Source of the DNA: Adineta vaga
Lineage: Eukaryota; Animalia; Rotifera
DNA length: 64,000 nucleotides
Direction: 5' to 3'
Assembly (NCBI GenBank): GCA_021613535.1
Contig: CP075492.1
Coordinates: forward strand, 19,530,001-19,594,000
Shown piece after piece: positions 25,516 through 40,618 of this stretch. Under the pieces are notes generated by a model. That model saw only the letters and a program-made list of their open reading frames with translations, searched no databases and had not been told where the DNA came from. A program made the position numbers and the translations under genes. The stretch's first letter is position 1; every line of letters begins with the position of its first letter.

Positions 25516-28500
25516 GAAAAAAGAACAAGTTATTGATAACAATGTATTAACTGTTACCGCTAACATGCACATAGTAACAGATTAATACTTCAAAGACGCG
25601 AAAAGAGACACTAACTATTTCCAGTTTCTAATATTTATGTATTCCTACGGTTGAATAAAAAATTGTTATACATTTGGCTAAGTTTAGAATCTGTCTTTCT
25701 TTTATGAATAATCAAATAGATTTAAACGTAAAGCTATTTACATTTTGGAGACACATCACTTCCAGTCATAATTGATATCGGTAGGATTGAAATTCATTTG
25801 CCTGCAACTGATGCATTCCTATCTCATTTATGAACAATAATTTTAGGAAATTTCTCATATAGTTCTCTAGTAAACGTGAGTATTCCAAATAAATTTTTAA
25901 GCTATCCTGCCAGTGATTGATTCTAGTGTATATGAAGCAAAAGAAATTATGAATCGCCGCTGACAGTATGTGTTCTACGAAATCACGGGCAAAAGTATTT
26001 CTATCTAAACATGCATTACAAGAGGTTAATCCGTTAGAAAAACATGATGTATTTGTAAATAGAAATCTGAATCCATTCCAGACGATAGATATAGAATCGA
26101 AAATAAACACTCATGGTCATCTATTCTCATACTAAAAGATCTTTTTCCATGAGTTAATAGATTGATACAATTAATAATTTAAATAGTAGTCTGAAGATTT
26201 TTTTTGTGACTTTTACGTAAAAGAATTTCTTGCTACAATATTAAAATTCAGTTTTTTTAAAACTTTTTTACTTAAAAATCACGAAAATTAACAGACCTGA
26301 TAAAAGACTCGGAATCTTCTATTATGAAGTGAAGATTTGATGCCAATGATACTATAATGAAAATTCAAACACCATATGAAAACATGAACTGTTGAGTGTC
26401 GAAAATTATAGCACAATAATGTTATATTATATCTGTGAACGTCTGTCATATTTCATAAATATTTTTTCTGAACGAGAAAATATTTTAAGCTAATCTAATT
26501 GAAATCGAGAAATAAATAGTGTAAACTTTTTGTATTAATTTGGTCCTCAATTTCTCTATCTGATTTATGAGAAACTTTTAGAAACACTAGCTATGAATAG
26601 AGCACGTTTGGAATTACCTGAATCGTGTTATGATGGTTTACAATGTGATTATAAATATCCATCGCCTATCTGTCTGGATTGGCGTGAAATATGTGATGGG
26701 AAAATCGATTGTCTGAATGATGGAGTCGATGAAGAGAATTGTTTCGAACTCGAACAAAATCAATGTAAGAATAATGAATATCGTTGTCATAATGGTGCTC
26801 AGTGTATTCCTAATTTCTTCTGGCGTGATGATCCTGTATATCCAGATTGTCTTGATCGATCAGATGAAATGACTGAAATACCTGACGAATGTTACACAGA
26901 TCCGTCAATACGTTGTGAAGAACACGCTTGTCGTCCTGGTACACTTGGTATTGCTTGTGGTGATGGAGATTGTCGAGAAACTGGTTGTCAGAATGGTCGA
27001 TGGAAACGATTTCAACGAGCTCTTTATTCAAAACCAAAATCAATTCGTATTAAGGAAACATGTTGGGATGCAATGAATGATCTTATACGAGACAAAAAAT
27101 ACAAAGAGATGCCATATGCGATGCATTATGCTCAAAGAGATTGTCCGGCTGTTATAGATTTTCCAGCGTATCCGGTCGCACTCGGACATATTCATTTCGT
27201 TTATACGAAAAAACAGTTTCTTATTGACTCAGTTAATGAATTTGCAATACCTAACTATATATGCTATAAAGACGAACTTTGTCCAAATATTTCTACTATT
27301 CATTCGTTATTCTCCTCTGTAAATCATACACCAATTCATACAAACAGATCATTGAAATGTCATGCTACAACTTTTCTACCATTTCATCAAATGTCAAGAA
27401 TAACTCATTGGGATGATTTACTATTGGCTATTGAAGAATTTTTTAGTTCATCATGTCTTAGTTACGATCAAATGCGTTATCCGGATAAGATCAAATGTTC
27501 ATCACATTCTCAATTATATCAATGTAAACATTCGAGCAAATGTATATCAAAATATCGTTTACATGATGGACTTCGTGATTGTCCATTAGGTGACGACGAA
27601 GATTATCCTGAAAGTTGTTCATTACCTCATCAACAATATCGATTCAAATGTCAACAATCTAATCAATTGTCTGTATGTGCGTCGTCTATTTTGTTAGATC
27701 ATAAACAATATCAATGTACTACGCGACTACTTAACGAACAACTAGACTTATCTAATGGAAAATTTCATGAAAATTCACTGATTTCTTTTCAAACATTATG
27801 TGATGGATTTCAAGAACGTTTACCATTGATTATTAATAATGAGAATGAAACGGATGAAACAAATTGTTATGATCATATATGGCCATGTAAAAATCTATAT
27901 ACTCAATGTGATGGCTATTGGAATTGTCAAAATGGTGCAGATGAACTTGGTTGTCCTTCTCAGTTTGATAATTCAATTAATAATATAATTTGTGATCCTA
28001 TGGAACATATTTGTGTATCAATAAAAACTTTAAAACTGATGTGTTTAAACTTATCGAAAGTTGATGATGGTAAAATTGATTGTTTAGGTGGTTACGACGA
28101 ACGAAAACCATGTAGAATTTATAATGAAAAAAATTCTTTAAACAGACGATTCTTATGTAGGGACGACACGATTCCAAATAACAAAAGTATATTTGATTCT
28201 GAATGGCTTTCCTGTATTTTTATAGATGAGTTGTGTGATGGTAGTGAGGACTGTGGAATATCTTCTGAAGATGAACAGATTTGTTCTTCCTCATCCAAAG
28301 AAGTCAACTATTGTGCATTATCAAACAATCGATATAAATCACGTATACATGAAATATTATGTAGTTTAGACGAAACTAATAAACCCACTATCGTACATTT
28401 TGCATTTAAACGATCCATGAACGCGCTTACGAATTCTACTGTTGAAACAGTATCCAATTCTATTATTCAATCATTTCAAAATATTCGTTCGTTGATTGAC

Positions 28501-31500
28501 TCTCATCTTTATATGTATCATCGACGTTGTAATCGTGGTGTTCCAATTCAAATGCGTCAAGGAAAGTCTAATACATTCAAGACGTATTGTCTATGTCCAC
28601 CAAGTTATTATGGTCTTAATTGTGAATTACAAAGTCAACGTATATCAATTACTCTTCAATTTCGTGTATCAGGTGAATGGCGTACTGTTTTTAAATTTGT
28701 GATTACTTTAATTGATAGTGATTATCGAGTTCATTCTTCAGAACAACTTACATATGTTTCCTTTAGTCATTGTAATTCAAAATTTAGTTTTTATCTACTT
28801 TATAAAACCCGAATGAAGAATGAGAGAAGAAATTATTTCATACGTATTGATACATTTCTTGCAAATACATCCGAACATCGAGCAAGTTGGATATATCCAA
28901 TAAAATTTCTCTTCTTACCAGTTCATCGTTTAGCATTTCAATTGAATATTCCATTAAAATCATCTACAGAATTATGTTCTTTATTTTGTAATAATCATGG
29001 TATATGTATCAAAGATCAAAATAGTCAACAGGAAATGTGTTTTTGTCATTCAGGCTGGACAGGTTTACATTGTGAGAAAAAATATCAATGTGAATGTTCA
29101 TCAGATGCATTATGTGTAGGATCATCTTTAACATGTTTATGTCCATTAAATCGATTTGGTCGTCGATGTTATTTGGAACAAAATATTTGTGAAAGTTTCC
29201 CACCAGTATGTTTCCATGGAGGTTTATGTGTACCAACTGATATCAGAATGCAAACATTTGGAAAATCTTATATGTGTACTTGTTTAAATGATTATTCAGG
29301 TGATCAATGTCAGTATAGAAATACTCGTATTAATATTAAATTTAGTCCAAAAATCATTGATTATTCAAGTGCATTATTTCTTCACCTAATATCTGCCAAT
29401 GGAAAACAAACGCATACACGTACAACTATGTTAGCCAAAGTCAATTTTGACCAAACAGATGTTCGATTTTATACATCTTTTGAATTTCATATAATATTTG
29501 CACAAAGTAAAACAAATTATTATTTGATTGATATTTTACCAGAATATATTCCTGAGAGAAATATTTCTAAAGAAATTCTATTTTCTCAACGATGTTTATC
29601 TATTTTTGAATTATTTAATTTAACAATAATCCAATATCATCCACTTCGTCGTGCAAAATATTATCATCAAGCATGTCAACAATACAAATCTTTATCATGT
29701 TTTTACGATCTTGACACCTTTCTATGCTTGTGTACGAATGATCGTCATGCAAATTGTTTCAATTTTGATTTTCATATCGAAAATGATTGTCGAGGGAACA
29801 ATTATTGTTTGAATAAAGGTAAATGTTTTCAAGATTTACCTCAATGTCCAACAATTAGTGTTTGTTCATGTGCCGACTGTCATTATGGTAGTCGATGTCA
29901 ATTTTCAACAAAAACTTATGGCATATCTTTAGATGCGATATTGGGTTATCATATTCGACCTAATTTATCATTTTTTAAGCAGTCAAAACCTGTTAAGACA
30001 AGTATGGCACTTGTAATAACAATATCTACTTTAGGCATGATAAGTTCAATATTATCCATATTAACTTTTCGAAAAGAAAATGCACGTAAATTAGGGTCAG
30101 GTGTTTATCTTTTTGTATCGTCAATTCTTTGTTCATTGATTATGTGTACATTATTGTTTAAATTTCTTTTACTTTATTTAATTCAAAGTGAAGTGCTTAT
30201 TCAACCTTGGATTTTAAAAAGTAATTGTATATTAATGGATTTTTTACTTCAAATTTTTCTTCATATGGTTGATTGGCTTAATGCTTGTGTTTCTATTGAA
30301 CGGGTTGTTCTCGTCAATCTCGGACTTCAATTTAATAAAATAAAAAGTATAAAGGTAAAATGAAGAACAACTTTTCGTAGTCGTAAACAATTATCTAGTC
30401 TATTTTTTTCAATACTCAATTATCTTTCTTTTATTTTTTTATGGCTAAAATATTCTATAAAACGATAGTTTTTTCTGTATTATAATTTGACAAATGCACA
30501 TGTGTTTTTCTATTTTTTTCTTCATTATTCTTTGACATATCAAAAGAAATGTATTGGATAGAAAGAATCGCGAACAGAACAGAGATATCATTTTCATCAG
30601 GAAGAAAAAATATGTCTATAAAATCGGATGCATAGCTTATTTTGTTTTTCTTTTGAATCTATCTTGGATCTCATATAAGAATTTTATATATCAATAAAAG
30701 ACTTGAGATTAGCGAATAGAAATGAAGAAGAAACAATAGATATAAACGTAATAACATAGAAAACATTGTCAAGTGAATTATCTGGACCTACAACGAAAAC
30801 GAACTCAAAATATTTAAGAAAAGATTATCTCATCATATCGTAAAAGAAACACCTGAATTATCTACGGATAATTTCTTGAGATGTATACTTTGTCTATACT
30901 TTAATTAAGAGAAATAATTAATAATGTAACTGCAAAACATAAAATTTCTTACTTGATTACATTTAGATAGCAAAATGGATTATTCCATTTATTATTATTA
31001 TAAATATAGGAACGGAAGTTCATGATCCTATACATCGTCGTTTAATTCATGATGAAGATGAACATCGAACGTGGTGCATAGCAGACTATGAAATTCATCC
31101 CGTTTTGGAATATTATAATTCATGTATGATTATTCTTCATTTTATTCTGCCATTTTCTATAAATTCTATCTCATTATTATTGATAATAATCCTAAAAGCT
31201 CGGAATCATGCTGTGTTACGCAAGAAAAAAGTGTTAGAACAAATGAAAAAACAATTACAGAAATATCGCTATATAATTCTCTCTTTATGTATTCTTGTTA
31301 TTCTTGCTATGCCTCGTCTGATTATCGCGCTACGGGGTGGATGCATGAAAATAGATTATAATCCATGGCTTTCTTTGTCTGGATATTTCGTATCATTTAT
31401 TCCATCAGCACTTTTTTTCTTTACTTTCGTGCTGTCATCACCCCTTTACAGAAAAGAGCTTATACAACTTATCAAAACGTTCGCGATACAGTTTTACTCT

Positions 31501-31527
31501 TCCATCAAGAAATTTTTTGGAATATGA
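22104..31527 (+). CDS. LDLa-repeat/EGF-repeat/7TM receptor, ~1617 aa (exons 22104-22623, 26582-30354, 30967-31527)
   Basis: GT-AG junctions keep phase. LDLa motifs (CLDWREICDGKIDC), EGF repeats and a 7TM with WLNACVSIER. Colinear with the paralog at 45735-50465. Confidence 0.85.
23406..23432. repeat. (AG)n microsatellite
   Basis: Directly visible. Confidence 0.9.
24069..25339 (-). mobile_element. Non-autonomous Helitron in intron 1 of the receptor gene
   Basis: The minus-strand 3' end is ...GGGTACCCCCGCTAG|T and the 5' end is TATATATATAAAGAAGAAAGTTTGTCTG. It is homologous to the 12645 and 41202 copies. Confidence 0.75.
24181..24760. mobile_element. hAT-type foldback MITE (580 bp) nested in the Helitron
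   Basis: TIRs CAGTGACGGATCTAGG and CCTAGATCCGCCACTG. Perfect 8-bp TSD CTTTTGGT at 24173-24180 and 24761-24768. Inverted arms are about 265 bp. Confidence 0.95.
25490..25515. repeat. (AT)n microsatellite
   Basis: Directly visible. Confidence 0.9.
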
Positions 31528-32279
31528 CCTATATGTGACGTTGGTTATGGCAAGATCAAATTTAATCATCCAATCTCTTCTTATTTTTCTCAATACAATT
31601 CAACATTTAGTTATCAATTATTTGATTATTCATTCTAAATTCTATCCGCTTTTTTCTCGTTCGTATTATTTATCTCGCTGCCACCAATCCTATCCTGACT
31701 GATGTTACCGTTATTACCCAGGATATACTGAAAGTTCGTATCTCGATATTTAAACACCTTTATTGCAAGAGGCGACCTTTCCAAAATAATAATACCATAA
31801 TATATGATATTGTAAAGCTTTTCGAGACGCATATAATGTTATATGGCAAATTCTGTTATCGTCGAGCTCTGAACAATTTTGAACCATTTGACTAACACAC
31901 TCATACCCATCCACATTCATGTTTATGTACAAACAAGATAAAGTTAATAGTTACCGTGGTTTTTCTTATTCATTGAAAACATTTCTAAGATACTGTTTGT
32001 CGCATGTGATTTTACAGAATTCGGACGAATTGCGACCTCACAAGCGTAACATTTTTGTTATCTTGGAAGTGTAGATGGGTATGAATATAGAGTCGTCTAT
32101 TGGTAAATTAACTGTATGTTTTTTGAAAGCTCTATGATAAGGGAATCGACTATATACCATTCGATGCATCTTGAAAAGCTGTAGAACGTTGTATATTGAC
32201 TTTTTTATTTTGGACTAGGTCATCTCATTCGAGAAGATCCTTTCAACGTCAGGATACGAACTTTTAGTACACCTTAAGT

Positions 32280-32520
32280 AGTATTATAACAACAGTTTGT
32301 TCTCGTTCATCTCTTCATACGAATGGAACATATAAACAAGTTTTAATTAAACAATTTCAAGGACATAAACATCTTCTTATCACTTCAGCTTTATTGATTC
32401 TTCTAACGTTACCACGTTTAATTATTACATTCGCAACTGGTTGCATGAACCATCAAAATTATATAAAAAAGAATTTCGTACTATTTCTCGGTCAATATCG
32501 ACAAACTATACGTAGATGAT
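32280..32520 (+). pseudogene. 3' fragment of another LDLa-GPCR family member with an internal deletion
   Basis: TYKQVLIKQFQGHKHLLITSALLILLTLPRLIITFATGCM then PSKLYKKEFR. TM7 is missing relative to the two full paralogs. Confidence 0.75.
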
Positions 32521-32928
32521 TTAGTTTGATCTAAGCATCAAAGAACGCTCATTCTTTGGATTCGTTGACCCTTTCCTGAAAGAATAGCATAAGAGTGCTC
32601 AGTAAATTCCTCAAGCTGCACCTGGACCTGACCGGACCCGGGTTCAAGCAAATTTTATACATAAAAACTTTTTAAAAGTGTTTTTCATCTTTTCACTATT
32701 TCAAAGTGTCATTAATCCATTTGTTGAGAGAGAAAAGCAAAAACAAGTACTGTTTGTAAATATTCTTGGATCTAATCGCTTGATACTTCTAAAAAATGTA
32801 TTACCTATATTTAGTTTTCTTCCTATTTTCCTTTCGATCAAATGGGTGTAATATGAAAGCTCCGCTCATCACAGTAGATCAATTCATTACTGAAGACTTG
32901 GAAAATTTGCATGGGGCATCGTTTTCAG

Positions 32929-33110
32929 TCAAGGGGGGAAAAACGGAATCTTATGGGTCCTAAGATCTAAAAGAATCCAAAAGAATCAAAAGGATTCGTA
33001 AAATCCAAAGATCCAGAATCTGAGTTTTTCCTCGCTTTCTGACATTGTGTTGGATCTTCTCGGATTCTTTCGGATCCTAGGATCCAAATAATTCCGTTTT
33101 TCCCCCTTGA
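32929..33110. mobile_element. MITE with CAAGGGGG termini
   Basis: TCAAGGGGGGAAAACGGAAT ... ATTCCGTTTTTCCCCCTTGA, with GGATCC/GAATCC internal repeats. Confidence 0.85.
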
Positions 33111-33214
33111 TCTCTCGTAAGTGGTAACACAATTCGAAAATATGTTAATATTACCATATTGTAGAAAATGCCTTATATAAAAGAAAATAGTACTTTTCTT
33201 TTCACATCTAAAGA

Positions 33215-33724
33215 TTGGCTACCTACAAAACAACTCAAAAGTTCTTTTCTCTTTTCTTACACAACCTCGTCGACGAAAGTCAAATTTTATCAAAGACAAA
33301 AAGCAACAAGTCAACCAGAAGTTCATCAGATAAGCAAACCGGCAATGACAGCGAATATAGTAGAGCAACTGAACGCAGTTTAAAAAATAAATATCAAACC
33401 AATTTGTATATTGAGAATACTAGTGGCATAGATGAACAAAATAAAAGTCTCGATCATGATATTGATAGTAATGATGAAGAAAACGAAGAAAATGAAAGAG
33501 ATTTTGATGCCAGAATAGCTTTAGTCAATAGGAATGATATGCTGGTTCCAGCCAAAGATATTCTTATTAACATAAAATCATTGCATAATAACCCAATCTC
33601 AAATTATAGTGAAACATTGTCAATAGCACGTAAATTTGTAGATCTTTTTAGGCTTTTATTTCTGTGTCGATTTTTATTACTAACTATAAATGAGTTGAAA
33701 AATTTCTCTCAGCACTATTTCTGA
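33215..33724 (+). pseudogene. Acidic low-complexity coding fragment, unknown
   Basis: 169-codon open frame with a D/E-rich stretch, a non-ATG start and no recognisable domain. Confidence 0.25.
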
Positions 33725-34484
33725 AATATTATTTTCGCTGAAACTTCATGATGAATTGGAAAAAAATTGACCATCAATAGGATCTTTCTGACTCATTGAA
33801 GTATTGAATTGATTTTTAATCGAAAACATCAGTTACAACTTGTTACAACTGAAGATAATCGATCATTCCTATTTCGATTTCCTTGTTCAACTTGTATACA
33901 ATAAAGACAATGATACTTTATCAGTCTGTAGACTGTATGATGTTGTATCTTAGCGCTCTGTTCTTAACTAACAGAAACTATCAAACTTTAATGAAAAAAT
34001 CAATAAGTAGAAGTTTAAAAAATGATTTATGATATTTTTTTTCTCATGTTATATGATGTTGTCTCTAGAGTGTTTTTTTTTCTTATGAAAATATCATATT
34101 TTCATAATGATCGATGGATATAATGATCATTGTGGATCTTTAAGAAAATGATTCAAATTGATTTTCCTGTGTTGTGCTTGATTGAACTATTCATGTTAGT
34201 TGAAAACATGCTGTTGAATCCCCTTTGAACTAATATTTCAATTTCCAAAAAAAATAAATTAAATATTCATAATAATAAAGAAAATGTATGGTGGATACGT
34301 TTGTTTTGAATCTGTCCTCGTTTTTCTGGCACAGATCGGTAATAGTGAAGTTTTGTTTCGAATACGTAAGAAAAGAGAACGTCAAAGTTGGCGATAAATT
34401 TTGGTATTTAGATTTTTCAATCTTTAGACGTTTTAAACATCGAAATTCAACTATACAAATAAAACGGTAAAATAGAAAAATGTT

Positions 34485-34544
34485 GACGTGAGTGAAATTA
34501 TGAGTGATGATATTTGTGACGCTCACCTTCACCTACACCCTCAG
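34485..34544. repeat. Telomere-hexamer site with degenerate G arm and clear C arm
   Basis: CTCACCTTCACCTACACCCTCAG lies about 135 bp upstream of the cathepsin start. Confidence 0.65.
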
Positions 34545-34678
34545 TATTAACCGGTTTATTTCTCTCTTCATTTTGATAAAACAAAAACCGATGTTCTTAT
34601 CTAAAACGTGTGACTAAGCAGAAAAAAACAGCACTTATATATGTGTCGTTATTGTGATTATTATAACATACATTAACA

Positions 34679-35895
34679 ATGAAATTTTTAATTCTTTTAT
34701 GCGCTTTTCTTATCAGTGGACATTGTTTCCCATCATCGAATGAATCTTGGTCTTTATTCAAACGTGTTTTTAAAAAACGATATTCTTCTGATGAAGAAGA
34801 AATAAATCGGTTTGTTAAAATTTGAATTAAAAACAAAAAAACGATAAATAAATTCTATTCATAGTCGTCAAATTTGGGAAGAAAATGTAGCAATGATTAA
34901 TAAACATAATCTTGAAGTTGATCTTGCTCTTCATAGTTATACACTTGCAATGAATCAATTTGGAGATTTGGTAAATATTTCAAGAAGAAAAAAAAAATAT
35001 CTTTTTTATTTTTTTATTCAAAGACCAATGAAGAATTTCGAAAACAAATGAATGGATATAAAATATCGTCAGATGACGAAATTAATTCACTCAATTATCA
35101 AACATTTTCAACACCCGAAAATTTTGTTTTACCAAATGAAGTTGGTAAATAAATTGATATTTTCTTTTTTTGTTTTGAAGTTTGTTTTAATTCAAACAAA
35201 AAATAGATTGGCGTACAAAAGGTTATGTAACGTATGTAAAAGATCAAGGTCAATGTGGTTCATGTTGGGCTTTTTCAACAACGGGTGCACTTGAAGGACA
35301 ACATTTTGCAAAAACATCACAACTTATTCCACTTTCTGAACAAAATTTAGTTGATTGTTCATTACTTAATTTTGGATGTAATGGTGGAAATCAAGATCTT
35401 GCATATGATTATATTAAAATGCATCATGGAATTTCAAGTGAAGAGTCTTATCCATATTTTTCTGAACGTGATATATGTCAATTTAATAAAATACATATTG
35501 CTGCTACAATTACGGTAGAAACTTAATTTTAAAATAAAACTAAAAAACAATTATTTTGTTTTCTTTTTCAGGGTTATACTCGAGTAAAGAAACATAATGA
35601 AACAGATCTTCAAGCTGCTATTGCTACAATTGGTCCAATAGCAGTGTCCATCGATGCTTCGCAAGGTTCATTTCAATTTTATTCAAGTGGAGTCTATGAT
35701 GAACCTAATTGTTCGACAAAAAGACTTGATCATGCTGTTTTAGCAGTTGGATATGGAACATTGAATAACAAAGATTATTATATTGTTAAAAATTCATGGG
35801 GTGCCAGTTGGGGAACTCGAGGTTATATACTCATGAGTCGAAATAAACAAAATCAATGTGGAATTGCTACATCAGCTCTTTATCCATTGGTTTAA
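34679..35895 (+). CDS. CTSL: Cathepsin L-like papain-family cysteine protease (exons 34679-34809, 34865-34970, 35024-35144, 35207-35514, 35572-35895)
   Basis: Signal [11 protein letters not shown]29 prodomain (MNQFGDLTNEEFR), and catalytic motifs [22 protein letters not shown] and KNSWG. All four GT-AG introns keep frame. Confidence 0.93.
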
Positions 35896-35954
35896 AATCA
35901 TTGTTTTTTTTTCTAAATAAAATACAATATAGTTTGTCTTTGTTCTTGATTCGT

Positions 35955-35997
35955 TCTGGGTGAAGATTTGGTTACATATCTGAACCCTCACCCTAGA
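35955..35997. repeat. Telomere-hexamer hairpin site
   Basis: TCTGGGTGAAG...ATATCT...CCCTCACCCTAGA, about 60 bp after the cathepsin stop. Confidence 0.7.
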
Positions 35998-35999
35998 TA

Positions 36000-36054
36000 T
36001 CAAGGGGGAAACAGCAAATTTCGTACTCTCTGGAATCCGCCGTTTCCCCCTTGA
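36000..36054. mobile_element. Minimal derivative of the CAAGGGGG MITE
   Basis: TCAAGGGGGAAAC...GTTTCCCCCTTGA. Confidence 0.75.
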
Positions 36055-36717
36055 TGTGCATCATAGCAAGGTAAACACTACCAACATTATCGTTCTCTAC
36101 TTTCTTTGTTGCTTTTTCATGAATATACACAAACAAAAACGTATATCTCTCTACACATACACAAATACTCTATGCGCAATAAAATTATTCAACCATATCT
36201 ACTTGCTTGGTTTTTTCCAGCATATCATATACGATCGTATTTACGTTCTTAAACGCCCATAATATCTCTGTATTTCACAGTAGGTAATCGATTTTTTTTG
36301 TTCATATAAAGGAACACGGATCTGTGTTTAGTAATGAGTAGACTCGTTATGATATCGTGGAAATATTCGGCTACCGTGCATGAGAGAAAATATTTAACCT
36401 GCGTTATTGTGCGCTACTTTTTTCTTACGCTAATTTTGTTCGTCTTCTTTTTACCAAATTTCTTATTTTATTCATCAGTAATAAAAAAACCATGTATTCT
36501 ATTCATTATATATGACTTTCTCTCGAATGAGGTTCTGATACCCGTTTTTCGATAGTTCTCATGATTTTTGCTTTACATTTTATATTCGGTGATAGTTTAG
36601 AACTATTTCGCTTAACAATCAGCTATTTTAAAGAACAGACAAACCTTAAAAAAATGAACATATTAACTATTGTTTTATTTTATTATTTTATTGTAGAATA
36701 TTTCAAGAAAGTAAACA

Positions 36718-39700
36718 ATGCAACAACAAAAATTCGATATTCCTGCAGTGAATTATCGAGATATAGTGTCATCTTCAGTAAAGTATAATAATGATCAAGT
36801 AGTCACATTACATCAATTGAAACAAATATCTGATGGTTCTAATCGAATACCGTCATTTTCATCGAGAGATTTAAGAGAAATGCTTGATCTCTTGAATCAA
36901 ATTGACGAAAAACAACTTCTTATTGATGCTCAATTGATTGAACATAAAGTTTATTCGATATTCATCTTCATGTTAAAAGATTTATTAAACAAATGGTACG
37001 TGAATAACTCTTTTACAGAGTTTGAATCTTCTTACTTATTTCCTCTTCTTACCAAACTCATCTGTAAAATGAATTACCATTCAACAGATTTAGTAGAATT
37101 ATTGAAACAATATTTAGAAAACGTAAATGATACGAAATATTTCTCTGGTTTGGTAAAACTTTACATACAAGATGAGACAACAGTGTCCCATATCCCGCAG
37201 ATCCCAGAAATTAATAAAATAAATCGTGCCAGCAGTTCGAACGTATTGCTAGTTACAAAAATATTATTTTACTATCACAGATATGAAGAGAACACAGCAA
37301 TATTTCCATCATTAATTTTGAATGTATATTATCAATTCAGAAATACTTCTTCTATTTAATAAATTATTTTTTCTATTCAAGTACCTCCTGCATCAACAAT
37401 CACTTCAAAATTAATAGAAGACAATCATCAAGTATCCAACACATTTTCTTCATCAATTTTTGCATCAAATGAAAGTCAAAATAAAGAAGAAATAACACTG
37501 ATCATGTGCGATCAAAATAGTGATGGTCATGATATGACAAAAGGAATACCTGAACTACTCCAGCAACTCTATGGTTCCGTTTGCACGTATTCAAATCTTG
37601 ATACTTATTTAGACTATATCAATCAAATTCAAACAGAAAAAATATTTTTGATTTTATCGGGTCAAACTGCAGATGATATGATTGACAAAGTTTGTAATTT
37701 AAAACAAGTGGATTCGATTTATATCTATTGTATAAACAGTACTCAATATGAACATTATTTAAAAGAAAATAATAAGAAATATCACAAGGTCATTGGAATA
37801 TATACCGAACATGAATCACTATTGCGAGCTATAGAGAAGAATATTCGTTATGTGATCAAACAATTGCAAGCGGCAAGTTTGTAGGAGCAATATGAACGAT
37901 CGACAAGAGCTTTAAGTAATGAATCACATGGTTTTGAGGTCTTTCGTGCATTCATGTATCTATTACTCAGAACAAACTATGATAAAGAACGTGCAAAAAA
38001 AAGAAATGGTTGAAGTATGTCGAAATTATTATCGAGGAAACAACGCAGTACTAGCACAAATCGATGAATTTGAGCAAACTTATGATTCAAGTAATGCAAT
38101 TCAATGGTACACAAGACCAATATTTCTTTTTAACCTAGTTAACAAAGCCCTAAGAACAGAAGATTACAGGCTCTTATTATCTCTTCGATTCTATATTATT
38201 GATCTATGTAACAATCTTCGATTGAAGTATGATGAATTAAAACACGAGCAAAGTTTATCAACAATTGTAACACATCGCAGTGTAAGATTGGTTCCATCTG
38301 ATATTTAAAATCTAAGACACAATGTTGGTAAAACTATAGCAACAAATGGTTTTCTTTCGACTAGCGGTTTAAAAGATCCGGCTAAAATATTTGCTGGGGT
38401 AAGAGCACGAATAGAGCGAGGCCTCGAAAGTGTTATGCTAGAAATTCATGTCGACACAACAAAGTTAACAACAGCACTGGCTGATATTGCTCATTACAGT
38501 GAATTTCCTGAGGAAAAAGAAGTTCTCTTTGACTTAGGAGCATCATTCATTATTGATAGTGTCTTTTATAATGAGTTAGATACAACATGGTGGGTTAAAT
38601 TATCCGCTGCATCAGAGGAACTTTCGATGGACAATATACAAACATTACTTAAGAAGTGTGGAGAAACGGATATGAACTTATTATTTGGTGAATTATTATT
38701 GAAAATGGAATTTTATGATACATGTCGAAACTATTCGGAAAGTCTTTTTGATTTGTATGGAAATGGACATGAAAATGTTGTTAAAATCGAGGAAATTATT
38801 GCTTGGGCATTTGAAGAAGAAAAAAAATGGGATCAAGCTATCCAACATTATACGAAAGCATTTGATCTTTATTCATCTTCTAATCGATGGGAAGACGCTT
38901 CAAGAATGCTAATTTGGACTGCTAATTGTTATAATCAGAAACAAGATAAGATTATTATGCGACAATATATTGAAAAAGCGGATGAAATATTGAAGAATAA
39001 AACCAATCTCCCGGATCACCATTGTCAATTTGGTGATATAATAAGTCTTTACGGTATATTGGAGGACATTAATCAAGCTGCTCGGAATCATTTTATGAAA
39101 GCATTAGACATTTATCAGAATGCTCTCACAGTATGTAAATGTGGTGACCATGATCGTAAAATTGCTCAAACTTATGAGAATATAGGTATTCGTTACATAC
39201 ATGAGAAGGATTATGTACAAGCAAAAATATATTTTCAAGAAAGTGAAAAGATAACAAGTAAAAATATTATATTTTCGAAAGACCGTAGAGCATGTACAAC
39301 TTGTTTACAAACGATAGGTGGCTTGTACAATTTGGCACAGGATAGAATGAATGCAACAACGTATTTGACAAAAACGTTCGAATTTATAGACACTGATTTA
39401 ATCGAATCAGTATATAAAGATAATTTAGAGGTACAGGAAAGTGTTCTACAGATAAAACTGTTTAAGAACATCTACGGGACTACGTTGCTATATGAACTAA
39501 AACGATTGGAATTGTTGAAGAAACTTCAACCATCCAATTATGAGAAGATTATTGAGCGGCATCTTAATATTGGTGAGATTTATCGCAAAACAGAGGATTA
39601 TAAATGGGCTCGTGAACATTACGACAATGCTTATGAAATATGCGAAACCAAGATATCTTCTAAAGACCGACAAGCACAGAGTCTCTTTGATATGGGTCAC

Positions 39701-40618
39701 CGATTACTACTTGTTGATATTGATTACGCATTTATATGTGTGAGTAAAGCATTAGAAATTCAACTATTAGCTCTGAAAAGTGACGATGTTAACATTGCTT
39801 TCTCTCATTATGATATGTATATGATTTATGAACATATAGAACAGTTTGATATTGCCATTGAGCATTTACAGAAAGCAATTGATATACTGGAAAAACATTT
39901 AAATGACGAGCAAAACTATCAGTTTAATGTAAAAGAACAATACGCAATGTGTTATTACTTCAGCGCTTCAATGTATAGAAAGAAACAAGAATTTAGCAAA
40001 TCAACAGAATATTTGCTCACAACAGTGAATATTATCGAACGTTTCTTTTCCGATATACCAGATAATTATTGTATACTAGCCAAGTGCTACAGAATGATGG
40101 CTCTAAATTATTTTTCATTACGTGATTATAATGCAAATATTATATTTCAGAAGAAATATTTGGAAACCATAGAACAACATTCTGAAGTGGATCCATTACT
40201 ACAATCCGCTCACGATCACGCTAGTGAAATATCCGATGTACTACTCTCACTTGGTGTCATGTACTTTGAGAAAATGAATTATGATCAGAGTAGTTTTTAC
40301 TACGAAAAATTTATCAAATCTGCACCAGTAGATCAGAATGTACTTACGTCATGTTTCGCAACGACAGGAAACTGTTACATGAATAAAAAATGTTATGAAA
40401 AAGCAGCAGTACGTTGTGAATCTCAACTGCCAAGTAAATTAGACGATTATGCAAACTTAATGATCCAAATGACTTTATGTTATTTGCAACTAGGCAAAAG
40501 CCATAAAAATTTAATGAACAGAATGATACTAAAGATAAACTTAGGCTTGCAACTTGTTACGTACTTTGCGAGATCACTCTGTGTTATAAAGGTCAATACA
40601 TTAGTGCAATTAAAATAG
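36718..40618 (+). pseudogene. ART-TPR gene (NAD+-arginine ADP-ribosyltransferase domain plus TPR array), disrupted
   Basis: AIQWYTR..NKALRTED, FLSTS and EEKEVLFDLGASF, then many TPRs. Disruptions are TAG at 37882, a frameshift in the A-run near 37995, TAA at 38306 and a late frameshift. Confidence 0.85.

Noticed and set aside
36055-36278. Possible solo LTR (TGTG...CACA)
   Set aside because: No TSD and no second copy in the window.
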